Below are positions 27,241 to 36,352 of a DNA stretch of 64,000 nt, piece by piece (the first letter of the stretch is position 1; each line of letters starts with the position of its first letter). The notes beneath the pieces are model-generated. The model was not told the DNA's origin, did not search any database, and saw nothing but the letters and a program-made list of their open reading frames with translations. The translations under genes were made by a program, and so were the position numbers. Source of the DNA: Minisyncoccota bacterium. GTDB lineage: Bacteria > Patescibacteriota > Minisyncoccia > Phycocordibacterales > Phycocordibacteraceae. The stretch covers positions 195,355-259,354 of the forward strand of contig DASPLI010000001.1 in NCBI GenBank assembly GCA_035627655.1. Reading direction: 5' to 3'.

Positions 27241-28686
27241 TTACTCCTCCCGCCAATCGACGAATTGGTATTCAGTCGAGACGAGCGGTGTGAACGGCGG
27301 CGGGTCCGTTGCCATTTTTCGATCGTACGAGTCGACGCGGGTTTGGAATCCGGCGTCCTGTCCTCCCCCGCAACCGTTGACCCACTTGGTACCTGTTCGC
27401 TTATTTGAAACAGTGGTGCCGAGAATCGTCAAAGATGTTTTCGGCTCATATGTTGCGTGGCAGTCACTTCGAGAGTTATTGAGATACAGGTTTCGACCAA
27501 AGGCGCCGCCCTGTGCGATGAAGATGCCGTTGACGGTCATGTTGGTTGGCGCATCCGGTACGACAAGGACATTGTTTTCTGCGATCAGCGTCAGGCCGTC
27601 TGTGCCGTCATAAGCGCCGTAGGTAATGTTGTCAGCGAGGTACGCGTTTGGCGCAATGTTGGCGTTTACTACGTTTGCGGCGACTACCGTTACTTTTTGT
27701 GGGATGGTTCCCTCGATCCAAACATTGTCTTCGACGAAGATGAGTCCGCAGGAAGCGGGAATGGTTCGGGTTTCGTAGGTTGATTCGTTGCTAATAAGGG
27801 TGCGGTCGGTAGTTGCATCTGCTGAGTTGATGGGCACTACCTGCAGCTGGGTTGTTGCAGAGACGCGACGTACGGTAACAGTTCCATTTGCGTTGAAAAT
27901 GAGGTGGTAGCCGCGCCAGTATGCCGGGTCTCCCTGTCCGTTTGTTGTGCTGTAGCGAGGGTAGTAGACGCCGTGTGTTTGCGCGGTCGACTTGAGCGTT
28001 CCGAAGTCGGCGGATATCGCAGAGAAGTCCACCTGCGGTACCGGATATGACCAGAGATCTTGGTTTGGTCCGTTCCCCAGCACGCCTGGTGCGTTGTTCT
28101 GTGTCGGGCTGCAGCCGTAACTGCTGGTGCAGCTCCAGGTTGCAAGCGAGCTGGTTACCGGCGAGTTTGCCGTTCCATCCATGCGCACGCCGCCGTTTGA
28201 GTGATACGGGCCGAGGATCACGCGGTCTGCGCCTGCCCATACCGAGTCATTCAAAATATACGAGAAGCTTCCGACGGATGGACGGGCGTACCTTGCGGTC
28301 AGTGTACGCGAGACGGAGGGCGCATCTGCCGGAGAACCCGTTGACTCAATATCAATCGAACTGAACTGACCGCAGGCCATGTTCCCTTCGATGTTGAGTG
28401 TGATGGTTCCTGCAGTGCCCGTTTCTGGGTCGTCATAGGAGATGGTGTACGGACCAGGAGCACCCGTTCCGTGCTGCAAGTCGTTTGGGTAGTGTGCGAG
28501 GAACCAGTGATAGTACTCAAGACCTGCCTCTGCAAGCGAGAATGCCTGCGCAAGCGAGGCATTTCGGGACTGGAGCTTGTTTTCTGAAAGTACAAAAAAC
28601 GAAAGTCCGCCGAGAATGGTCAGAAAGGCCGCTCCGAATACGAGCGCAAGAAGCATGAGGTAGCCGCGGTGTGGATGAGGGTTCAT
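27241..28686 (-). CDS. PilX-like type IV pilus minor pilin-like protein
   Basis: N-terminal hydrophobic helix plus LSENKLQSRNASLAQAFSLAEAGLEYY resembles the PilX N-terminal domain. Large Thr/Ser/Gly-rich beta-rich remainder. Confidence 0.5.
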   Translation of the reverse strand: MNPHPHRGYLMLLALVFGAAFLTILGGLSFFVLSENKLQSRNASLAQAFSLAEAGLEYYHWFLAHYPNDLQHGTGAPGPYTISYDDPETGTAGTITLNIEGNMACGQFSSIDIESTGSPADAPSVSRTLTARYARPSVGSFSYILNDSVWAGADRVILGPYHSNGGVRMDGTANSPVTSSLATWSCTSSYGCSPTQNNAPGVLGNGPNQDLWSYPVPQVDFSAISADFGTLKSTAQTHGVYYPRYSTTNGQGDPAYWRGYHLIFNANGTVTVRRVSATTQLQVVPINSADATTDRTLISNESTYETRTIPASCGLIFVEDNVWIEGTIPQKVTVVAANVVNANIAPNAYLADNITYGAYDGTDGLTLIAENNVLVVPDAPTNMTVNGIFIAQGGAFGRNLYLNNSRSDCHATYEPKTSLTILGTTVSNKRTGTKWVNGCGGGQDAGFQTRVDSYDRKMATDPPPFTPLVSTEYQFVDWREE

Positions 28687-29273
28687 TGGTCGAGAAGGTT
28701 GCGAAGCGTTGCGCTACCGATCATGGTCACGACGTTTGGCGCTCGATTTGGGTTGAGGTCCACCATGAGCGTGACCGCGACGGATGCAATCTCAGAGATG
28801 TCCGGCGAGGTTGTGGCAAGCTGCGTTCCTGTACCGTCATAGTACTTGAAGAGCGGCGTCGTCGACGCGTTACGCACATACGTTGCAATCGTGGTCGTTG
28901 CTGAGGTTTGTCCGCTATACGACGGCGGATTCCCGCCCGCGTTCGTAACCACCTTATAGAAGGTGCCGTTGTAGATCCACAATTTTATCCGCTCGATACC
29001 GCCGTCTTTGTCGGTATCTGAATAGAGTGTAATGCTTGATGTTGCTGCGGTTGCGATCGGATAATTGCCGTCGTCCGCGTATGAGGCTTCGCGTATGTCT
29101 CGCAGTGCAGTTTGCAAACCCCGCTGCGCGCTGTCGACGGATGTCGTGGCTTCAAATACGTAGGCATTTGAACGATAAAAGTCGCGGATGATGAATAGCA
29201 GTGTTCCTGAGACCGCGCCCAAGATGGCGATCACCACCACCATTTCCATCATCGTAAAGCCGCGCATCTTCAT
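28683..29273 (-). CDS. type IV pilin/pseudopilin-like protein (class III prepilin signal)
   Basis: MKMRG|FTMMEMVVVIAILGAV, that is a G-F-T-x-x-E prepilin cleavage/methylation motif. Confidence 0.65.
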   Translation of the reverse strand: MKMRGFTMMEMVVVIAILGAVSGTLLFIIRDFYRSNAYVFEATTSVDSAQRGLQTALRDIREASYADDGNYPIATAATSSITLYSDTDKDGGIERIKLWIYNGTFYKVVTNAGGNPPSYSGQTSATTTIATYVRNASTTPLFKYYDGTGTQLATTSPDISEIASVAVTLMVDLNPNRAPNVVTMIGSATLRNLLDQ

Positions 29274-29277
29274 ATCG

Positions 29278-30738
29278 TTATGGAAGGAGAATCAGTGAGG
29301 CATCAACGGTTGTGCCAGGAAGCAGCTCGTATGGCATGAGTGGATCCGGTGCAACGATAGTGTATCCCGGAGCTGTGAGCGTATAGGAATCCCATTCAAG
29401 CGATAGCGTTGTTGAGGCGGTTGAGCCGCTTGAGGTTGCGACAATCGTTTTATAGATCGGCGCGCCCGCGCCAGTTGAACCGATGGTCTTGCCGCCCGTT
29501 AGCGTAAAGGAAACGTTTGGTAGCGGAACAGGGCCGCGGTCGTAGCCAACTTCCCAAGCAGAAAGCGAGGGTGAAACAAGCGGATTGCCAGTCGTGAGCT
29601 GCGCGTATAGGCGAAGCGAAGGATACGTTGTCGTTGAAACACTCGAAAGATCAATCGTATCGGTAAAGCCAGCGCTGTTGCCAGGAAGAACAGTGTCCGG
29701 GAGCGGCATGCCGCTGCTATCGAGAACCGAGAGCGAAAGAGACGTACTTTCTGGAACCGCTGCAGTACTGCTTGCGCTCGTCCACGACGCAAGATAGGTC
29801 GGCGCCACCAGTATGCTGGTTGCACTTCCCGATCCGACATACCCGCTCTCGTTTGTAGCAAGCCGCAGTTCCCCACCCGAGACCTGGGCGTTGGTACTGC
29901 TGTCTATACTCGACGAATCATCAAGCGGGTCGCTCCAGAGCGCCGAAGCGATAGGCGAAAAAGTGCGGAGAATAAGCGTCGAGAGAGCATCAATCGCAAA
30001 CGTGCTGGAAGTTGTGAGGCCGCCGACGACCGTGAGATAGCCTGGAGTCGGATTTTGGTTGGTTGCGTCTCGAACATACGTCTGTGCAGAGGAATACCCT
30101 TCCTTAGTTACTTCAATACGATAATCGGTGGAGGTAGGCGCACCAGGAAGTGATACGTAACCAAGCGCGTCAGTAAAGGTGGTGAAGTCAATCGTTGGGC
30201 TTGTCGCGGTGTTTTGTATGCGTACGTCAGCGCCTGCAACCGGAGCACCAACCGCGTTTACGGCGCGTATCTGAAGCGTACCGCCACCGGTGGTCGACTC
30301 GATGCCGGGCGGGGCGACGGTCGTTGCGAGCGTGACGTCCCGCGATACCCCGTCCATCACGTAGGTCACCACCACCTTGACCCGCTTATAGTCAGTAGGA
30401 ATCCCGTTCGTATCGGAGACACCGGAACCGTCGTGCGGGTCATCGGCGTAAGCAATATAGGTACGAACCGCGTAAGAAACTCCCGCACTCGTCGTGGTTG
30501 CCTGTTGCGGTATAAGGCCTGCGGGAATACCGCCCACGGTTCCGACCTCGGCATACTCAAGCGAGCGAATGTATTCCATCTGGGAGCTTGCGACATCAGT
30601 CGCAGTCGCTTTCAGTTTCGCGAGCCCTGATACTTCGATCGAAGCCCGAAGGAGAGAAAATAAGCCAGTGAAAATAATAAGTACAAGCGCGGATCCGACG
30701 ACCACGTCTACCATCGACACTCCACGCAAAGGACGCAT
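29278..30738 (-). CDS. large minor-pilin-like protein (PilV-like N-terminus)
   Basis: MRPLRG|VSMVDVVVGSALVLIIFTGLF is prepilin-like, with D at +5 instead of E. 480-aa Thr/Ser-rich extracellular part. Confidence 0.5.
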   Translation of the reverse strand: MRPLRGVSMVDVVVGSALVLIIFTGLFSLLRASIEVSGLAKLKATATDVASSQMEYIRSLEYAEVGTVGGIPAGLIPQQATTTSAGVSYAVRTYIAYADDPHDGSGVSDTNGIPTDYKRVKVVVTYVMDGVSRDVTLATTVAPPGIESTTGGGTLQIRAVNAVGAPVAGADVRIQNTATSPTIDFTTFTDALGYVSLPGAPTSTDYRIEVTKEGYSSAQTYVRDATNQNPTPGYLTVVGGLTTSSTFAIDALSTLILRTFSPIASALWSDPLDDSSSIDSSTNAQVSGGELRLATNESGYVGSGSATSILVAPTYLASWTSASSTAAVPESTSLSLSVLDSSGMPLPDTVLPGNSAGFTDTIDLSSVSTTTYPSLRLYAQLTTGNPLVSPSLSAWEVGYDRGPVPLPNVSFTLTGGKTIGSTGAGAPIYKTIVATSSGSTASTTLSLEWDSYTLTAPGYTIVAPDPLMPYELLPGTTVDASLILLP

Positions 30739-30764
30739 GTGTCTATGATAACGCACGCCGTTGG

Positions 30765-31979
30765 CTAAATGCTTGAAGAGAGGGAGTAGATTGGCGAGAT
30801 CATGGAGATAGCGAACACGCCGACGAATGCGCCGATGATAAGCATGAGCATTGGCTCAATGACTGTTGAAAGATCCTTGGTTCCTTCCTCTACGTCTGTT
30901 TCGTAGTACTCGGCCACCTGTCCGAGCATGCCGGCCACCTGCCCCGTCTCTTCTCCCACGGCGATCATGTCGCCGACGAATACCGGATACAGCTTCGGGT
31001 GTTCGATGAATGCCGTTGATAGCGGCTCGCCTTTTTTCACGCGCACGCCTGCCTCCTGGACTACCTTGCCGAAGCGATTGTCTCCGACCACTTCTTCCGC
31101 AATAGCGATAGCGCTCAGCATTTCAACACCGGAAGACAGGAGCGAAGAAAGTGCGCGTGCAGCGCGTGCGCTGTACGTTTCTCGTACCAGGGTGCCGATG
31201 ACTGGGATGCGAAGCGCAACCGCAAGCACAATATTGCTCCCTACCTTAGAGCGCATAAATGCGATGATTGCGGCGACGGCAAGTATGAGAATCACGAACA
31301 CCAAAATCACATGGGAGGCCATAAAGTCCGAAATGTTTATGATCGTCTGCGTTGCTGTTGGAAGCGGCACCTGCAGATCCTTAAAGGTGGCGGCAAGCGT
31401 CGGAACGACGTAGATCATCATGAGAATGCCGATTACTACGACGGCAAACAGAATGATCGATGGGTAGATCATGGCGCCACGAATCTTCTTCTGCAGCGTA
31501 AAGGAGCGGTCCATCTGACGCGCAACCACGCGAAGCGCTTCGGCGAGCGTGCCGGACTCCTCGCCCGCTTTGGTCATAGCAATAAAGAGGCGCGAAAAGA
31601 CATTCTTATGAGCAGCAAGCGCTTCGCTAAATGCGTCCCCCTTCTTTACACGTGCTTCAAGGTCGGCGGTGACTTTCTTGAGTGCTTTATTAGTCGACTG
31701 TCGCTCGATCACAGAAAGCGCACGCGAGAGCGTGAGGCCTGCAGTGAGCATAGCCGCCAGGTTTTTGGTAAAGGTAATGCGTTCTTCCGTCTTGATGCCT
31801 GACGTAATGCTGATGTTGAGCAGGTTTGCAAACGGCAGTCCTCCCCCACCCTCTTCGATCGCGACCACAGTCGCGCTCTCCTTCTCAATCTCACTGTAGA
31901 TGGCAAAGCGTGAAGGAGCTTCCATCACGCGCTTTTCAACAGAACCGTCCTCTTTCTTGAGGGTGACGCGGAACTTCAT
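30765..31979 (-). CDS. pilC: type IV pilus assembly platform protein PilC (GspF family)
   Basis: Two GspF repeats (…LAAMLTAGLTLSRALSV… and …LSSLLSSGVEMLSAIAI…) and three TM segments. Confidence 0.85.
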   Translation of the reverse strand: MKFRVTLKKEDGSVEKRVMEAPSRFAIYSEIEKESATVVAIEEGGGGLPFANLLNISITSGIKTEERITFTKNLAAMLTAGLTLSRALSVIERQSTNKALKKVTADLEARVKKGDAFSEALAAHKNVFSRLFIAMTKAGEESGTLAEALRVVARQMDRSFTLQKKIRGAMIYPSIILFAVVVIGILMMIYVVPTLAATFKDLQVPLPTATQTIINISDFMASHVILVFVILILAVAAIIAFMRSKVGSNIVLAVALRIPVIGTLVRETYSARAARALSSLLSSGVEMLSAIAIAEEVVGDNRFGKVVQEAGVRVKKGEPLSTAFIEHPKLYPVFVGDMIAVGEETGQVAGMLGQVAEYYETDVEEGTKDLSTVIEPMLMLIIGAFVGVFAISMISPIYSLSSSI

Positions 31980-32036
31980 TTAATAGAAATACTAGCACGT
32001 GCGTGCTAGAGTCCGACGTAGAGAAAGGAGTGATTC

Positions 32037-32324
32037 ATGCTCACTAAGGATCGGTTACGGATTGATGATCCGGCAGCCTATAATCCGCGAAGGACTTGGT
32101 ACCGGTATCTGGTGACGTTTGACTTCACTGGTGATCGGCGCCCCTCGAAGTGGCTCGTTCGACTTCATAGCGGCTCGATTACGCTTGAGCGGTCGGCGAA
32201 AATCTCGCGGCCGGAAGACCTCGAACAGATCGCGCATGCGATAACCGAGCACTTTAAGAAGAAGGGCTTTCGATGGAATAATGCTCATCTCTTCATAAGC
32301 GCCTTCAGCCGCTTCGAAGACTGA
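32037..32324 (+). CDS. hypothetical small protein
   Basis: RBS AAAGGAG 8 nt upstream of the ATG. 95 aa, basic. Confidence 0.4.
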   Translation: MLTKDRLRIDDPAAYNPRRTWYRYLVTFDFTGDRRPSKWLVRLHSGSITLERSAKISRPEDLEQIAHAITEHFKKKGFRWNNAHLFISAFSRFED

Positions 32325-32462
32325 CTACATGCGCGCATCCAACGGGTGCGCGCATTCGTATTGACAAAAATAGCATTATGTGGCAGTCTATCCGATGGAT
32401 TATTGGGGACTCTATATCCCTTATAAGTCCATTTGTACCTCAACAACTGAGAGGAAATAGTA

Positions 32463-33341
32463 ATGGATAGCTCATCGCTTGGTGGCTTGGGCGGAAACCT
32501 TGCGTCGCTGGGAAGTCTCCTGGTGGCACTCGGCCCGTTCCTGCTCATCGCCATCGCCGCGCTTTTGGTTTCCGACGGCCTGCTCTCCCTCCGGGAGCGC
32601 GCGAGCCTGAAGAACGAAGTGCTGAAGGGCAACAACGCGATCGGTCTGCGCCGCCTCGGCCTCTTCTTGGGCCTCATGATCGGCTTCTCCGGTGTCATCA
32701 CCGGCGAAGGCACCGGTCAACTTTCGATCGACCTCGTGAACACGGCCATCTACGCCGCAGTGCTTGTCGCGCTGCTGCAGGTCGCGTTCTGGGTCAACGA
32801 CGTGCTCATCCTGCCCAAGGTGGCCAACTCAGCGGCGGTGCTTCAAGGCAACGCCGCGGTGGCAACCACCGAACTCGGCAGCATGGTCGCGACGGGTCTC
32901 ATCGCCAAGGCGGCGATCGAAGGCGGGAACGGCGGGGTCCTCCCCGTGCTCGTGTTCTTCGCTCTCGGCCAGATCGCGCTCGTCGTCATGACGAAGCTCT
33001 TCTCGGCAATCCATGCGAAAACGCGCTTGGTGTCCGAAATTGAATCGGGCAACCAGGCGGCGGCGATCGTCGTCGGCGCGAAACTGTGGGCCTACGGGCT
33101 CATCATGGCGACCGCGGCGGGCGGTGCGTTCAGCGGCTGGGGGGGCGACCTCCTTGCGTTCGGTCTGACCGCGCTTCTCGGCGTGATCTTCCTGTTCATC
33201 TCAAGCTGGGTGGTGGATTTCCTCCTCATCCGGTGGCACACGTTGCATGAGATCGTGACAGCGAAGAGCACCCCCTCGGCGCTCGTGTTCGCCGGCGGCC
33301 AGATCGGCTTGGCGTACGCCATCGCGACCTTGATCGTCTAA
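32463..33341 (+). CDS. DUF350 (YjfL-like) repeat membrane protein
   Basis: Repeated N-x-A-x-A/G...G-L/M-I-x-x motifs within TM hairpins (GNNAIGLRRLGLFLGLMIG, GNAAVATTELGSMVATGLIA, GNQAAAIVVGAKLWAYGLIM). Confidence 0.5.
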   Translation: MDSSSLGGLGGNLASLGSLLVALGPFLLIAIAALLVSDGLLSLRERASLKNEVLKGNNAIGLRRLGLFLGLMIGFSGVITGEGTGQLSIDLVNTAIYAAVLVALLQVAFWVNDVLILPKVANSAAVLQGNAAVATTELGSMVATGLIAKAAIEGGNGGVLPVLVFFALGQIALVVMTKLFSAIHAKTRLVSEIESGNQAAAIVVGAKLWAYGLIMATAAGGAFSGWGGDLLAFGLTALLGVIFLFISSWVVDFLLIRWHTLHEIVTAKSTPSALVFAGGQIGLAYAIATLIV

Positions 33342-33359
33342 CGGCACTCACCTGCCATC

Positions 33360-33393
33360 AACGCCCCGGGACTTCGGTTCCGGGGCGTTTTGC
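33360..33393 (+). terminator. rho-independent terminator
   Basis: AACGCCCCGGgacttcggttCCGGGGCGTTttgcat. Confidence 0.55.
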
Positions 33394-33493
33394 ATAGTTG
33401 ACTTTTCGACCGATACATGCTATACTGTCCAAAGCCCAGTCTACCGGGCGTTGTGGCAGTTTGTGCTGCTACGCAACAGAAGGAGAAAGCACC

Positions 33494-33898
33494 TTGAAAA
33501 GGGATTTTAGGTTGCAGCTCATGGGAGCTGTCGCTGTCGCGATTCTCGCATCTGCGTGTTCTGAACCGCAGCCTCGCGGCTTCGCAACTGATCAGCCGAC
33601 GCGTATGTGCGTTGATGATCGGGGCATGCGGCAGGATGAAAGTCGGTGCGCGACGCGTGCCGGCTACGTCAATCCCTACTACTGGTACTACGTCGGCCGC
33701 GGCGGCTACGTGCCGCCCGTCGGTTATGCGGTGCGCGGCGGCACACGTCAGCCGCTCGCCGCAACGAACTACCAATCCGCAGCTACGGCTGAACGCGCCG
33801 CGATCGCTCGCGGTGGCTTCGGCGCCAGTGCGTCGCGGAATACCACGGTGAGCCGCGGTGGCTTCGGCGGCTCGTCTCGCGCTTCGGCGGGAGGCTAA
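33494..33898 (+). CDS. lipoprotein, YjfM/DUF1190-like (TTG start)
   Basis: RBS AAGGAG 8 nt upstream of TTG. Lipobox ILASAC. Cys pair (MCVDD…RCATRAG) and Gly-rich C-terminus NTTVSRGGFGGSSRASAGG, which I recall as resembling the E. coli YjfM C-terminus. Confidence 0.45.
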   Translation: MKRDFRLQLMGAVAVAILASACSEPQPRGFATDQPTRMCVDDRGMRQDESRCATRAGYVNPYYWYYVGRGGYVPPVGYAVRGGTRQPLAATNYQSAATAERAAIARGGFGASASRNTTVSRGGFGGSSRASAGG

Positions 33899-33901
33899 CC
33901 A

Positions 33902-35053
33902 ATGGAGCGCCTCTTGATCACACCGCGCGCCAACTGGCAGGAAAAGGTCGAACGACTCGGCCTGATCTGGCACACGGCGCAAGGACAACCCTACTGGAAC
34001 GAATCGGCCTACTATCGCTTCTCAGCGGAGCAGGTCGATGAAATCGAACGGGCGACGGAGGCGCTTTACCAGCTCTTCGTTGCTGCCGGTGATCGGATCG
34101 TCAATGACGACGATCTGCTCACTCGGCGCTTCGGGATCCCGAAGTTCGCTATTCCCCTGATCAAGCGTGCCTGGGATGAGGAGCCTCCGGCTCTGAATTT
34201 CGGCCGCTTCGATCTTGGGTACAACGGACGGAACCCGCCGAAACTGTTCGAATTCAACTGCGACACACCGACGTCTCTGTTTGAGGCGGCGGTGGTCCAG
34301 TGGGATTTCAAAGAGGACCGCTTCCCCGGCGATGACCAATTCACGAGCTTGCACGACAAGCTCGTGGACAAGTGGCGGGACGTCAAACCCCACTTGAAGT
34401 CGAACCTCGTGCACTTTGTGCACGTGGACGACGCCGCCGGCGAAGACACGCTCACGACGACCTACCATCGCGACTTGGCCCAACAAGCCGGGCTCGAGAC
34501 GGAAGGGCTCTTCATTGAGCAAGTCGGGTGGGACAAAAACCGGCGCCGGTTTGTCGACCTCTATGGTCGGCCGATCGATGTCCTGTTCCACCTCTATCCG
34601 TGGGAATGGTTGATTCACGACGACTTCGGCGAACACATCGTCGAATGCTACGACCAGATGCAGTGGATCGAACCGATCTGGAAGATGATGTGGTCGAACA
34701 AGGCCATATTGCCTATCCTGTGGGAAATGAACCCCGGGCATCCGAACCTGCTGCCGTCCTATTTCGACCGACCCGCGTCTGGCGATTACGTTGAAAAACC
34801 CATTCTCGCAAGAGAAGGGGCCAACGTGACTATCGTCAGCAACGGCGTCGAAGTCGCAAAGACCGACGGTGACTACGGCGAGGAAGGCTTCATCTATCAA
34901 CAGCTCTACAACCTGCCGGACTTCGATGGAAACTATCCCATCATCGGCAGCTGGGTGGTTGAAGGATGGGCTGCCGGTATGGGTATCCGCGAAGGCGGAC
35001 TCATCACCGGCAACACCGGACGCTTCGTCCCGCACGTGTTCACCCCTGCATAA
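33902..35053 (+). CDS. glutathionylspermidine-synthase-like ATP-grasp amidoligase (YjfC/YgiC family)
   Basis: Length about 383 aa. KPILAREGANV matches the K-P-x-x-x-R-E-G-x-G-V motif of the GSP-synthetase family. Conserved acidic and aromatic stretches throughout. Confidence 0.65.
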   Translation: MERLLITPRANWQEKVERLGLIWHTAQGQPYWNESAYYRFSAEQVDEIERATEALYQLFVAAGDRIVNDDDLLTRRFGIPKFAIPLIKRAWDEEPPALNFGRFDLGYNGRNPPKLFEFNCDTPTSLFEAAVVQWDFKEDRFPGDDQFTSLHDKLVDKWRDVKPHLKSNLVHFVHVDDAAGEDTLTTTYHRDLAQQAGLETEGLFIEQVGWDKNRRRFVDLYGRPIDVLFHLYPWEWLIHDDFGEHIVECYDQMQWIEPIWKMMWSNKAILPILWEMNPGHPNLLPSYFDRPASGDYVEKPILAREGANVTIVSNGVEVAKTDGDYGEEGFIYQQLYNLPDFDGNYPIIGSWVVEGWAAGMGIREGGLITGNTGRFVPHVFTPA

Positions 35054-35068
35054 CCTAAACGACCTCAA

Positions 35069-35105
35069 CGGCCTGGAGCGCAAGCTCCGGGCCGTTTTGT
35101 ATTTA
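35069..35105 (+). terminator. rho-independent terminator
   Basis: ACGGCCTGGAGCgcaaGCTCCGGGCCGTtttgtattt. Confidence 0.6.
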
Positions 35106-35146
35106 CTCAGGTATTAAAAAGAAAGACCGCGCCCGAAAGCGCGGTC
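35105..35146 (-). terminator. rho-independent terminator for the K+ channel gene
   Basis: On the minus strand GACCGCGCtttcggGCGCGGTC is followed by tttctttttaa. Confidence 0.55.
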
Positions 35147-35167
35147 AGTCATTTGGTTTGAAGTGCG

Positions 35168-36283
35168 TTACGCCGCAACCGCGGCGTGGAGCTCTTGCTC
35201 CTCCTGGGGCGACAGATCATGCTCAGCGATATAGAGCAGACCGTCACCCGCAGATACCAGAGTCGTCGGCGGCGGGTTCAGTTTGGTAACGTCGCCGCGG
35301 CCGTTCTTCTGCGAGATGCCAAGCAAGATTGCCGTCCCGCCGAATCGACGATCGAAACATTGTTTGATGTCTTCGAACGACTTGGCTGGGGCGTTTTCCG
35401 GACGACGAAGCGAGAAGAATGAGTTCCCGCCCGGTTCCAGAAGTTCAACAATCGCCGACGCCGTTCCTGGGTCCGCCATTTCCCGCGTGGCCACCAGGGC
35501 CTGCATGGGAGTGATGATGCTCAGTTCGAGCGCGCAGTCCGGAACGAGCTCCGCACTTTCCTGCTCGCGCAGGAGAAGCACGACGCGCGCTGTTGGCCGG
35601 AACTGGCTCAGCAAGCAGATGATCCCGATTGCTCGGGCGTCTTCTACAGCCGAAACGTAGATTTGGCTGGCGCGGGTCGCGCCGGCGTCCTCGATCGTCT
35701 TGCGGTTGATGCCGCCTTCGGCTGCTTGGACGTACTCCGGGAGCACTCCGTGGTAATCGCTCGCCCGCGTGAACGGGTTGCGATCGCCAGTATTGGAGAA
35801 GCAACCGACAACCGTCGGCAGCGTATCCCAGTGGTCGTCTTGCCGTTCCTTGACCGCGTTTGCAATCAGCGCACGCGTTTGGAACGGATGATAGTCGCCG
35901 AGCACGAGGATGTGCCCGGTTGCATCAGTTGGCATGAGGCCCTTCCTCCGTTTTTCAATGAAATCAGTGACTGCTGCGATGACCTTGCCGAGTATGAGCG
36001 TAATGAGCCCGACACCGGTGGCCATGATGATGGGTGCGATCAGTCGCGCGGCGTCTGACTGCGGGGAGAGATCCCCATAGCCAATCGTCAGCGACGTCGT
36101 CCACCAGTAATACCAGTAGTTAGCTGGTTTGATCAGATTCGAGTCCGGCGCTTCCGTCAGTGCATAGACCCACCACGACAAGGCGTAGTGGAGCACCACC
36201 GCAAGCAGCAAGAATCGCCAATCGATAAGCAGCAGCTTCCTGACTTTTGCCAAACCAAGGAAAAGCCGGGACAAGATAGGCAC
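35168..36283 (-). CDS. Kch-like potassium channel with RCK/TrkA-N domain
   Basis: Selectivity filter TTSLTIGYGD after a pore helix. Rossmann GHILVLGDYHP (RCK), and a second RCK-like half. Confidence 0.8.
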   Translation of the reverse strand: MPILSRLFLGLAKVRKLLLIDWRFLLLAVVLHYALSWWVYALTEAPDSNLIKPANYWYYWWTTSLTIGYGDLSPQSDAARLIAPIIMATGVGLITLILGKVIAAVTDFIEKRRKGLMPTDATGHILVLGDYHPFQTRALIANAVKERQDDHWDTLPTVVGCFSNTGDRNPFTRASDYHGVLPEYVQAAEGGINRKTIEDAGATRASQIYVSAVEDARAIGIICLLSQFRPTARVVLLLREQESAELVPDCALELSIITPMQALVATREMADPGTASAIVELLEPGGNSFFSLRRPENAPAKSFEDIKQCFDRRFGGTAILLGISQKNGRGDVTKLNPPPTTLVSAGDGLLYIAEHDLSPQEEQELHAAVAA

Positions 36284-36352
36284 GCAAACCTCCTTTCAGT
36301 TGGTACGTGAGTCCGGTACTATTATACTATATATGAAGGTATAAGTCAATGC

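Noticed and set aside
34022-35083. 353-aa minus-strand ORF
   Set aside because: Fully antisense to the GSP-synthase-like gene, which has clear conserved motifs. No start context.
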